This document shows positions 12,946 to 24,822 of a DNA stretch of 64,000 bases, in pieces. The number at the start of each line of letters is the position of its first letter. Within the stretch, counting starts at the first letter, position 1. The position numbers and the translations under genes are program-made. This stretch comes from Cetorhinus maximus (lineage: Eukaryota), in the NCBI RefSeq assembly GCF_964194155.1, contig NW_027596099.1, positions 2,418,001 through 2,482,000 on the forward strand, written 5' to 3'. The notes beneath the pieces are model-generated. The model did not search any database. It saw nothing but the letters and a program-made list of their open reading frames with translations, and was not told the origin of the DNA.

Positions 12946-13850
12946 TCAATGGGTATTCAGCTGTAATTTGCCTAATTTTACGCACAGTTTCACAAGGTAC
13001 TGCATTCCGCTCTTCAGCTCCTCCCTAAACTTAGCCTGTGTCAGCACATAAATGAATGTGTTTGTGCAGCAACTGAGGGCCGCAAGCATGGATCCAACTG
13101 ACTCAAGCACATTTGTGCCTGAATTCCATGTGATTGTTACATGAGGAGAGATAATATATATAATCGGAGTCATCCAGAGCAATATAAAGCTGCCGGTTAT
13201 ACTGAAGAGTAAAATAATGGACTTTCTTCGGCTTTCTATTTCAGAATCCTTGTGATGTTCTCCATTGCTGCAACCGCGGAGACCCCTGCGAACTTTACTG
13301 GCCACCAAAATACGTCTTGCCGTCAAAACATTTAGCAACAAAATTAGAATGAATGGGACACATGGGGTCAAGGTAAGGGTAAATAAGTCAAATGCGGCCC
13401 ATTCAGCCGAAATGAAAAATGTCTGTTTTACAACACAACCACGATTTATATTGTCCATTATATACGCAGGTTCATATGCAAAATACCAGGGAATGTTTAT
13501 CGAACAACTCAAAACACTCACCACTGATATGACAGCTACCGCTGTTATCTCCGTGCAATATTTTTTTCGCAGCTTCTTACAACATATGACCACAAAACGA
13601 TCGAAGGTGAACACCACTGTTAACCAGACGGAGGCTGATGTGACTACATAAGTCACTGTCACTGTTAGATGGCACATCGTGCTCATGGTCAAGAAGGAAA
13701 CAGGGAAATAAATATTCAGCATATTCTCCAGCAGGACTTCAGTACAAACAACCAGGAGATCCGCCGCGGCCATTGCGATCATATAGTATGTAATACATTT
13801 GGAGAGGCCACACTTTCCTCGAGAAAGAATCATAATAGCAACAACATTAA
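12946..13850 (-). CDS. GPR139/GPR142-like class A GPCR, copy A, coding exon 2
   Basis: Seven-TM pattern with motifs AMAAADLL, SVWLTVVFTFDRF, NIPWYF, CCTNTFIY and KFREEL. A polypyrimidine tract plus acceptor (ctcttacag|TT) sits at 13851. Exon is 905 nt and joins exon 1 in phase 1 to give 324 aa. Confidence 0.93.
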
Positions 13851-16800
13851 CTGTAAGAGAGGAATAGAGGGAGCAGGAGATAGACGACACAGATTAACGT
13901 GATTAATTTTCTTCCTGTTGCAGCAAAGGATCCTTCATTTGACCTAAATATGCACAGTCTGCTTTCCGAGGTGAACCTGTTCTAATTTTAAACTGGACCG
14001 ACTGAAAGTGGATAGGAAAGGGAAACTTCAGTTGATAATTCCTCTTTTGAAAGGAACATCTTCAACGTAGACAGGACAACTATTGTTCAATAACGATTGA
14101 GATTGCTGAGGGCGAATGTGACCTGGACAATTTGAATACAGACAAACGGCTTGGCATGGTGAATATTAAAAGTTAAATGGGAGGTGTAAAGTGTCAATTC
14201 ATGTGTGTTGGTAAAATGTGAAGTTGTAAACGAATGCGCAAAATAGAATCTGGGTTAAGTAGAGTTATACTCTGGAAGAGATAGTGGTGAAATGCATGCT
14301 GGGTGGTCTATAAATGTGATAAGTACTGGGAAGGATTGCTTTGCAACAGGACTTACAGCTTGAAGGTAAAATATTGCCATGGGGCACGAACGTACTCTGA
14401 ACATTTTGTGAGGGTAAAGATGGAATGGTAAAAACACAGGAACAGAAAATGGTCACTGAGCTACATAAAAGACAACGTTAGATGAGGCCGAATGCAAGTT
14501 TACACAGGCGTCATTACAGTTGCGGTACAATGTCAATCAGTACAAGGTGACATTCTTATGCAGGTTCTCAGGGAGAAGTTTTATTCGGGGATGAGAGCGG
14601 ATCAGTCCTGTGTTTTAAGTCAGACTGAGTAAGGTGAGATTGATATGCTGGCTCGGCATTGTGCAAGAATATTTCAGGTGAATGCATTGCTAATTGATTG
14701 CATAAAGAGTGAAGCAACATTGCTATGCAGAATGGGTGCAGTCAGTGCTGATCAAGAGGGCAGTTTAATGGCGTAATGGGAACGGTGACATTGCTAACAG
14801 ATTGAGTGGGCAATGGGGCACATTTCTTACAAAGCATGGTGAATGAGCAATTCAATGATGTTATTATACTGAAGTCATAACTAGAGTTTTGATTCCGGGT
14901 GGACAGGAGAGAGTTCCCATTAGTTGATCGGATGCAAAACAAATCACTTTGTTGTCGAAAGGGCAGAATTGAGTCGCTTGCGCCTCAAGCACAGCATCCG
15001 TGCGAAGTGATTTGAAATGTGAAGCTTAAAATTTATTTTTCCTGGTCACCAAGTGCAGAAAATCACGATAATGATTGACCATGATGGGCACATCGATTTG
15101 AGGCTGTAGACTAATATATGTTCAGAAAACTGAAATTGCGAATTGTCGTTTACCTGATGATAAAGACTTAACACCTAACACAGCCAACTTTAAATTAATA
15201 TCCTCTACAGCTTATTTCATTTCAGTTTGGCCAGGCGCATAAAACCCATGAATCTTAGCATTATTTGTTAAAATGCATTTTTTTTTTCAGAATGCAGGAA
15301 CCTTTTTAGAGAATTAGCGAAGCTATTCAATGCTGCATTATTATACAGAGGATTAACTTCAGACATTTATACTGATTACTGATTAAATTAAATGATCCAT
15401 TTAAGTCAAGCGAAATTGAAGTGAGCCTCAGAAAATCACGGTTGCATCATGATTTCTACTGTTTACTTCTTAAATGTCCATTTGAATTTTGAAGAGTAGA
15501 CTTTCTAAATGAATCTCACTGATCTAATGTGCAGCTGCCAGATATGTAATAACTTGATGCGCACGTTTATTAATTATTATATGCATTTCCAAGAAAGTTA
15601 AATAACTCTGGTCTGAATTAATGTTAATATTAATATTCGGTTCGCTGCCGAAATTTTCTTTGTAGTTCTGGTGGCTTTGCTATAGGATAGGATGTCTTGC
15701 TAGTGGCAACGGTGCAGAATAGCTTTCCGACTGAAATAACCGGTCAGATTCGGGAGGCACAGATTAGGGAATGGAAAATGCACATTCTCAAAATAATGGG
15801 ATGAGTAGATAAAGAATTATTTCAAGTACCAACTGTTTTCAAGGCTATGCAACATGGTGCAGACTGAAGGTAGATTTTTCGCAAACTTGAACTTAGGGAA
15901 ATAACAATGCATTGAACGTCTATAAAAGGGGTGGGGAATTAACATTTTGTATCATTTTATTTCAGTAGGTTGTTGGGTAATGATTCAGAAGAACTTTGAA
16001 TGAAGTAAGGCGAATTATTCGGTTAAAGATAAACAGCTTTTTACATTTTTGTATCAGATTGCAAGTTGGCAAGCTTTAACCACACAAACAAAAAAATATC
16101 TATTTGCGTTACATAGACAGCCCAGTTGGCAGCCTCCGATTCACAATTCTCTAACTTGAATGCAAGCATCAAACATTGATTGACTTCATGGAGCTGTAAA
16201 CGATAATCAGAAACAGCCTTGAAAACGCCAGGCAATGGATAAAAATTAAAGTTTGAGTTTCTATTGACCATGTAGGATTCACTGGAAAAAGTGGAAGCAT
16301 TATTAATCAAAGCTATTTTGATACAATTGCAGCTTAAAAAAGATGTCAAAAATGAAAATTGACCGTCATTTGCCCGATACCTATTATTATTTGAGCGAAC
16401 CTAATATATATATATTCCTACAATAACATGCATATAAACTGAGAGACATTATTATCCGTGCGCTATTGTGAATTATACAAAGATGGTTAGCCATAATATC
16501 AGCATTTGAAACTGTACTGACCAGCACTGTAAATAAGCAAAAACAGTTTAAACATTACAGAACTTTAAACAATTACATATTGAAGCAGCCAATGTTTGAA
16601 CAAATTAATTATCAAAACTATTATCCAATAAATTATCAGAATATTCCTAGAATTTTCCTCCGAATTAAATGTTGAAATGCATCAGGAATGAACCACCCAA
16701 TTACCTACCGAATGAAATAGTGACCTATCCAAACCATTATCCACTATATCGCTTGCAAATTCAATATACAGTCATCAAATATATTATCAACAGTATTCCC

Positions 16801-18499
16801 TGCTAAATGAACTAGAGAAATGAACATGTATATATGCTACAGAATTACCCATTTCTCTCTGCAACTGCAATCTCCTTCTGACCTGTTATTAATTTGCTGT
16901 TTGGGATAAGGAACATGGAGCTGGTGTAGTGCACTTTGGTTTATGTGCCTCTTGGTGTCGTTACTGCAAACACCTGAGTCTGAAGAAGGACAGACCGATG
17001 GAGTTTCCTCCACGGTCCCAAATCCATATCACTTTAACAGCAATGTTCTATTCGCAATTTAAGTGCCAAATAACAAGTTTCTATGGCATCCTTTGCCTGC
17101 AAAACACATCCTTAAGGGGTTATTCATTTCAGTCAACTTGTGAATGTCATGGTGAACGCGCCACAGAGTGTGTCCCACTGAATCGTGCTTGTGGTTATGA
17201 CGCATTGTTGAACGCTCGACAGCAGCAGTTACACTAGAGATGTGAGACAAATCCTCTGGTGCAGGTTCAAAACACTAATCGTGATTTAAGATCATAAAGC
17301 AACATTACAATCAGGAGACAACGTTTTTCGGCTGCGTGAGATTGGAGCAATGTAAAATTAGACCTTTTCCTACTCACCCTCCCTTAGAAAATCTCCCGCT
17401 CTACAATTCATTAAATTCCCACGGAGAGGAGCCATTGAGTGATGCAAAATGGGGTCCGCGTCGAATCGGCAGTGAAAGCCTGAACACCGTGCGGCAGAGT
17501 GTAATGCTGTGAACAGAAAGTCGGTATGGCTGCAAGCTCAACACCACCTGCTCTCAGAAACTGATTTTCCAAAAAATGTTTTTCATTGAAAGCTCAGGCA
17601 AGAAATAAAAAAATGAAAAGTAAACATGAAGGCGCTGCCACCTTCCCCAGCACAATTTGTTGCTACATTTAATCATGGTCCCGGAGGCAGAACCTCTTTT
17701 CCGCGCGATTCTCGTCTGATGGTAGCTGCCCAGAAACATTTTTTTCTCTCTCGTCTGGACTACGGCAAGTGCAAAGCACGAATCAAGAAATGATACGATT
17801 GTTTCGTTCACAAACTAAATAACTTGCTAATTAGTAACTTGTAAAAGGTTCTCCACCTGCAACTGGGAGATTCATGTACGTGACGTCATTATACCTGATT
17901 CACGTCATTGATCTTCGTGCGGATTCGGCATTTTTGTGGGGGTTGGGTGGTGGGGAGTGGGGTTTTGGTGGGTGAGGTGGGGGTGGTTGGGGGGGCGGGC
18001 GGGGGGGTTGTATTTCCCGGCGTAAAAAACAGCCAATCCTTTTGGTTAAAGATTTAGACATTCAGGAATGAATTCAAAATATACGTTCTCAGTTAGGGGC
18101 CAATGTACTCCGAAATAATTTACATTTAAACATGCATTTTGTAGTTAATCTTTGTTGAATTGGAACAAAAGAAACAGCCAGGACCGTCATTTCAATACAA
18201 AAAGGACATCAATATTCATAGATTCGTCATCATACAACATTTTCTTATCTTTCGGTATATTGACAAGATTAGCACTTTTATTTCTGTTTTCACTAATTCT
18301 TCTTGAAAATAAGGCTTTTCTAGTGTTGCAGGTCATGTGAAGCGGGAGCAGACACCATGCTGTGAGCGATGGATTTCCAGGTTCTTGACCCAGTGACAGT
18401 CAAGGAACGGTGATGTATCTCAAAGTCAGCTTGGTGTGTGACTTGGAAAGGATTTTGTAATGAAAAGTGTTCCCATGCCTCTTCTACTCTTGTCCTTCC

Positions 18500-20150
18500 A
18501 GACTTTCGTGGTCAAATGCACAAACAAAGGAACTTTGCCGACATCTGTCATGTGTGCAGAGCAGCATCGATCATACCTAACAACACGTCATAACCTGGTG
18601 AACTGCAAGACAGGGCTACTTGCAACCAAAACAGCGTATTCAGCATGAGAAAGACAGGGCTCATTGATCCCCCTTCCAAATAACGAAAGTTCAGCTCCCA
18701 AGTCCTGTCACAGACGCCTTGAATGGTGGTGGAAAGTTCTGCACCTCACTGGTGGGCGGCTTCCACCAATATACCCATCGGCAATGATTGTGGAGCGCAG
18801 CGCACCAGTGCATATACATGGCTGAAGAATTTGCAGCCACATTCCCCTGAAGTGACGGGTAGATAACCATCCCGGCCTCCTCCTACCGATGACAAGCATC
18901 ACAGATGCCAGTCTTCATACAATGTGATTTTCAGCACTTGAATTTAAGGAATGACTGAAGGAACTGGACGATGCAGAGGCTTTGGGTCATTTGAGATGAT
19001 GCCAGAAGTGCAGGAGATCAGTGCTGCTGAATAAATCTTCCTATCGAAGCTGGTAAGGTGCATCTAAATTACTGGTATCTATGCGAAAATGTGAGCATTT
19101 TCACAGGTATGCCTATCCACAAAAAAACACGACAAATCCAACGAATCTAATTGCAGCCCCATCTGCCTACACTTCCTCATGATCGAAGTGATGAAAAGTA
19201 TAGTGGACAATGCTTTCAATCGCCGCGTATTCGGCAGTAAACTGCTCACTGACGCTCACTTTTTGCATCGTGCGAGCTCCAGGTCTCGGTTCGGCCTTGG
19301 TCCAAACATTGTCAAAAGTGCTTTATTCAAAAGGTGAGGAGCGAGCGGCTGTGTTTTATATCAAGACAACATTTGTCACACAATCGTATCAAGGAGGGCT
19401 ATGAAAATTGCAGTCAATAACAATAAGGGGTAACTTCCAAATTGCTTGGAGTTATATATACCAAGCAAAAAGTTTTTTGTTTTTTTTTTGTTTTGCAGGT
19501 GAATCATCCCAGCCCCATGACATAACTGGGCGAGAGCCTGAGGGCAGTGTCCTGAGCCCAACCATCTTAAGCTGTTGCATCAATGAACTTCTCTCCATTA
19601 TAAACGCAGAAGGAGTTTAGTGTAGTGGGGAGGGGTTGGGAAGTGGGAGGGGCTTGTGTGCGCTGATCATTGTTCAAAGTTCAGCACCATTCGCGACACA
19701 ACAGATGCTGATGAAATCCGTGCCCGTGTGCATCAAGACCTGGGCAATAGCCAGACTTGTGCTGAAAGATGACAAATAATATTCGCCACAACAAAATTAA
19801 AAGGCAATGACCACCTGCACCAAAATAACATCCAACAAAGTACCGTTGAGATTTAATGGCATTAGCATCAATTAATACATCATTTTCTACATCCCTGGAC
19901 AAAGCATTGACAAGAAACTGTGACTACAAGGGCAGGTCAGAATCTCAGAATGCTGTTGTGAGAAACACACACCCAACTCTCCAAAACCTTTCCTCCATCT
20001 AAAATGCACAAATCAGGAGTGTGATGGGATACACTACACCTGTCCAGATGATTTACGCTCCTATAGAATGCAAGGAAATTGAATTAATCCAGGACAAAAC
20101 AGACTGCTTGATTTCCAATCATTCGGTAAACTTAATGATTCAAGCCATTT
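18500..20150 (+). mobile_element. Decayed CR1 LINE in the intron (duplicate at about 44200-45810)
   Basis: PEGSVLSPTILSCCINEL (decayed PQGSVLGPTIFSCFINDL) at about 19540, with CR1 ORF2 C-terminal sequence downstream. Confidence 0.8.
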
Positions 20151-21099
20151 ATCCTTATATGAATAATTCTTCTTACTGCTTTTAAAGTTCATATGCATCA
20201 TCAGCAATCATCTGAGTGAAATAACCTTATCTAAAAGGTGAATTGATCCATCCAATTTCTCGGTATCGCTCAATTGCATTACTGCTTTCCTAAATACCAT
20301 TTTGCAACAGTTTCAGTGTGCACAATCTTTCAGATCCTTGAGAGCACGTGGTACTTAAATGAAATCTCATGACATCATGTAATACATGGGCAAGGAATAT
20401 TGCCTCCTGCTGTCCACCTCCCGTTCCCATCGGCGGATGAATCAATGATCATGAACCAAGGGGAATGAGACGGGAAAAAAAAAGTGCTTTACTTCGGGGG
20501 GCTTCGATATCTGTGAGCAAGAGAGGATCGCTAGCTCCACTAATGGCCGAGCTGGCCGAGGCATAAAGATAACTGCTAGACTGGGACTTTGGCAGGTGGT
20601 CAGGGAACCAACCAGGCGCAAAATTGAATTCGCTCCACCAAATTAACCATCACATGTGCATCTGTCCATTAAAGGATTGATAGGAATGACCACCGCACGG
20701 TCCTCGTGCAGAGGAATTCCACCTTCACATTCGGGCTTCTCTCCACCGTTTTTTGTGAGACAACCATTGTGCTAAATGGGGTAAATTTCACCCTGTTCAA
20801 CAACTCAAAAGTGCGCATTCACGAGACACTGTGGACCATCAGCTGCAGATGATTTGTGCAGAAGCATGATTTGTAACTCCAAGCCCAGCGTATCCCCAAC
20901 TCTGCAATTTCCATGTGCAGTGTTTATGGTGATGTCTGTGGTGCCGGTCAAGCATTCTACTTTTCTCCTTTGGTGCAGATTTCATTCGGTGTTGCTTTAG
21001 CTCTGGACAAGGAATGTTCAACAGGTTACTTCTTGAATTACTGGGATTTAGATGGGATTGTCCTATGTGGAGTCATTGATGAGACTCATCCTCTGCTTT

Positions 21100-21505
21100 C
21101 TGGAGCATGGGCAAAAATGAAGTGATCTCACTGAAGCATTCACCTTTCTTATAAGTTTCGGTGGTGTAGATTATTGATGGATGATTCCCCTGGCGGGTCT
21201 GTCTAAAACCAGGAAAAGCAATATCAGAATAAGAGGTCTGCATTTAGGACTGAGATGAGGAAGAATTTCATCACTCAGGGTGGGGTAGATTTTCGAAATA
21301 ATGTACTGCACCCTCGGCAGATTTGCAGTCATTGAGTTTGTTGAAGGTGCCGATGATTTGATTTCTCAATATTAAATGCATACAGATATCTGAGATAGTG
21401 CATGGAATATCGTGGAGGCATATTTTCAGCCATGACATATTTGAGTAGTGGAGCACCCTCGTGCGGCCAAATAGTCAACTTCTACTCGTATTTCCTATGC
21501 TCCTC
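21100..21505 (+). mobile_element. CR1 3' end fragment (duplicate at about 46780-47165)
   Basis: catttaggactgagatgaggaagaatttcatcactcaggg (FRTEMRKNF.TQ), followed by a CR1-type tail ending ctactcgtatttcctatg. Confidence 0.7.
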
Positions 21506-21794
21506 TGTCCCTTTGTCAGTGCCACCATGTAACGTGGCAATGTGAGTTTCCCAAATCCACAGGGGATTCCGACAATGCTTAATATCATTCCACTGCAATT
21601 CCCAATGTAAATCAGTAATATTTGGAAGCAGGGTTTTTAACAGCAAGAAGTGGAGGGCTAGAAACTGAAATGTGCTGAATAATGAGAACCAGATAACTAT
21701 TCGGAGTGCTACTGTGTTCCAAAATCGGACCACCTCAGTCTCAGTTAGAAACCTCCGTGCTGAAATAGATGTTTGACTACTTACGTCCCGCGTC

Positions 21795-22150
21795 AGTACT
21801 TGAGAACAAACTTCTCGGCTAATGCTCCATTGCCGTAGTGAAGTAGTTCTGCACTATCGGACGTTGTAACTTTCAGAACAGATGTCAAATCGATTCATAG
21901 GGTAAACGTCAAAGAATCTATGCCACTATTTCGCTGAACAACATTGTCGTAGCCCCTTGCGTCGTGACCAGTATTTAAACCTCGGCTAAAGAACACAAAA
22001 ACGGTCATATTGTCATTGTCAACTTGCTGCTTGTGGAAGCTTCCCGACCAAAAATTTCCGGTCACCTTTTGCGTTACTGCAGTGACCACACTTCATGCAA
22101 ATTCATTAGGGTGGTCGATAAATGAGGCTATAGAAATGCATGTATTTCAA
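21795..22150 (+). mobile_element. DeuSINE (SacSINE1/AmnSINE-like) remnant (duplicate at about 47445-47795)
   Basis: Colinear with the Deu-domain consensus as I recall it: acttgag...ctgcactatcgga...ctttc...acgtcaaagaatctatgccactatttcg...cagtgaccacacttca...gctatagaaatgca. Confidence 0.7.
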
Positions 22151-22666
22151 TAGAAAACTGACTAAGACATCGGAATGTCTTCAGCGCACACAGCAATCTG
22201 TTTCACCCAGAGTTCCAGATATCCTCTCTGCATACAGATTAGTAAAAGCATCGCTGTGGTAATGAGTATGTGATTTTACAGGGATTCCGTTCCTTTAAAT
22301 ATTCGAAAATGGATGAAGACCATTAGCAAAGGCTTCAAGTATTTGAAGCAGAATTTTGCAGGATGCGAATTTACCTCTGCACAGATTTTCACAGATTGTG
22401 TTTTCTACAAGTTTAAACTCGGTTTGCAGTTGATTATGACAATAATTGCAGAGCCCACCCTGTTACATGACATTCTCTAAAGCAAGAATAAGGTGTTAGC
22501 AGTGGATACCACGGAGTGAGAGATACAGAACAAGAAGAAATCTGTTAAAGTTATGGTTAAACATACGTCCCTGCTTTGATTACTCCCCAATAGTAAAGAA
22601 ACAATTCCATGTTATCGGAACGCCAACATCCATTTATACAGGTAATGGTTGTATTTAGGCTCTTAC

Positions 22667-22736
22667 CAGGAACACCAATAGCCGCGAGAATAGGATAGTA
22701 AATGGCTTTTATCTGGTGAAGTATCACTTCTCCCAT
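22667..22736 (-). CDS. GPR139/GPR142-like GPCR, copy A, coding exon 1
   Basis: ATG at 22736. Encodes MGEVILHQIKAIYYPILAAIGVP plus 1 nt, then the donor CCTG|GTAAGA. Supplies the N-terminal half of TM1 missing from exon 2. Intron is 8816 nt. Confidence 0.9.
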
Positions 22737-22999
22737 GTTTATGAGGAGATGTCTTTCCTGCAGAGATGGATGCACAAGATGGAATGAACGTCTGAGCTGA
22801 AGCGTAAAAATCCCCTTCTTCTTTAAATTCATTTCAGGAAAATAAAATAAACACGTTAAAATCACAGGAGATTTGGAGGAAATGCCACATTAATTATTCT
22901 AGGGCATCAGGGTAAAACTGGCAAGACAGCATTCGTAACAGGGAACAGAGAAAAGCTGTTAACTTTACCTAACATTAAACCATTAGTTAACTAATCAAA

Positions 23000-23295
23000 C
23001 CCACGGCCGCTAAGATCTAGAAAGTCAAAGGCAACATGACCATGGGAACACCACTCGCTGAACGTTCCTCTCCCAGCCACTCATCGCCCTGGTTCGGAAA
23101 AATATCGCCGTTCCTTCACTGTCTCTGTGTCAAAATAATGGACCCCCACCACCACCCGCCCCGCTAACAATACCGTGGGTGTAACTGCTCCACAAAAACC
23201 GCAGCAGCTCACCACCGACTTCACAAGGGGAATTAGAGATGGGCAATAATTGCTGGCCCTTTCATCGTTGCCCTCATCCATGAATGGAAATAAGG
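23000..23295 (+). mobile_element. CR1 3' end just upstream of exon 1 (duplicate at about 48645-48940)
   Basis: gcagcagctcaccaccgacttcacaaggggaattagagatgggcaataattgctggcc is the CR1 3' UTR core, also seen at 58425-58510. Confidence 0.7.
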
Positions 23296-24822
23296 ACAGA
23301 AATATATATTGTTAGTCCGAGAGCATGTTAATAAACGTACATCGGAAAACGAGAGCTTCGAGAATGGGTTTGTAAATGGCCCGTATCTGATGAAGTACAG
23401 CAAATTATATCCTCGGTGAGAAGCGCTAACTCCTGTTGAAACAGATACACCGAGCCTGTTGGAAAACATGAAATGTGACATTCAGAGAAGCTGTCATGTA
23501 GGCAGCACATAAATCCCCATGCGCGCATTCATGTCCCCTAAAGAAATCAATTAGTTTCAGTCATTGAACAAACAGGTTACGTCAGTCGCTGTCATTGTGA
23601 AAGGAACCGTTTCGAAGTGACACGTCGAACATTGGAATGATGTGTGCGGTCAGTACAATTGAAAGGGCTATATTTTAACGAGTAGCGGGTAGATCCCATA
23701 GTGGATAGTCACGGAGGGAAATGACTAACCAACAGAGCGATGTTGGGAATCAAATCGTTACTAATTTAGATCAAATTGATTCGAGGAAACTCAATTCGCC
23801 TGAACAGCCAGGAGAAGTAGTGGGGAAATTTCAGATGTTCTCCACTGTTTTGTGTTTCGGGCCCTATTCTATGTTCCAACAGGGCACATGGCTGATGTAT
23901 GTCTTTGTCATTTAATCTTCCAGAGGGAACTCATACGCTGCCCAGATCTTTCCGTGGATTACTCTGGCAATGACATTTCCGTCAGTGACTTGACCTACAT
24001 TCTGTGTCGTTGCACATAAATTTGCACCATTCTGCCTCGAAATTATAAACGCAACCATAGGACCTGCAAGGTTGGCGTTGGTGGTGACCTGATCCGCAAT
24101 AGAAAGTGTTCGAGAAGGATTTTGTTTTCTGAACCGAAATATTTGAAAATAATGCGTTCAAAACAATCCGACCCCATACACCTTTAGTGACGATTCCCCA
24201 CGCCATACACTCCTCCTGCTCACCCACTCACATACTCCATCCAGAGTGATGCTTGAACTGAATGAAAAAGAATGTTTTGAATAAAGTAATGGGATATCTA
24301 GAGTACATCGCTGGGAGGGTATTCCACGATTAACATTTAACTCTTGGCCCTCAAATGTCTTCTGCAGACAATCATTAGCAGATGGATGCACTGCTTAAAA
24401 TGAACCCGAATCGACGGCGCCTTCTGCTTTGGTGTGGGCTGCATTTCAAACAAGCACCAAAAACAGAATAGTTTAGGTCAGTAGGTCATTCGGCCCCTTG
24501 AGCCTGTTCTGCAACTCGGAAAACTCATGTTTTATATGGTCGTGTCGTCAGCCCCGCTATCCTGCCTGCGCTCCCCCAACCAGCGTCGTACACCGGCCCT
24601 CTCCATAATTGGTCAATAAGTCTCCCTTATTGGTCAATAATCTATCCAACTCAGCCATGATTGTGCGACAGACCTGATCAGATGATCAATGTCGTTCGCT
24701 CTTTGGTGATGACGTCATAATCAGATCGAGGCAAAGTGGTTCGAGTGAACCCATTTCATGTCACTTGGCTCGGCATTTTGAGGAATCACTCACAGGCTTA
24801 CCATCTTTCTTCCTCATTGGAA

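Larger units (their letters stand above)
10245..24767. repeat. Segmental duplication, copy A
   Basis: Colinear with 36214-50432 from gtaaaaggcgctc (10251/36221) to ccatttcatgtcacttg (24767/50432), sharing exons, intron and transposable elements. Confidence 0.95.

Noticed and set aside
13851-13890. ORF-track N-terminus MSSISCSLYSSLT (also 39867-39906)
   Set aside because: It starts at a GTG inside the intron's polypyrimidine tract. The true start is in exon 1.
13265-13902. Plus-strand ORFs over the GPCR exon (also 39068-39667)
   Set aside because: These are antisense shadows of the coding exon, conserved only because the exon is duplicated.
22557-22865. 102-aa standalone ORF (also 48198-48476)
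   Set aside because: It is exon 1 plus read-through into the UTR and intron; only 70 nt are coding.
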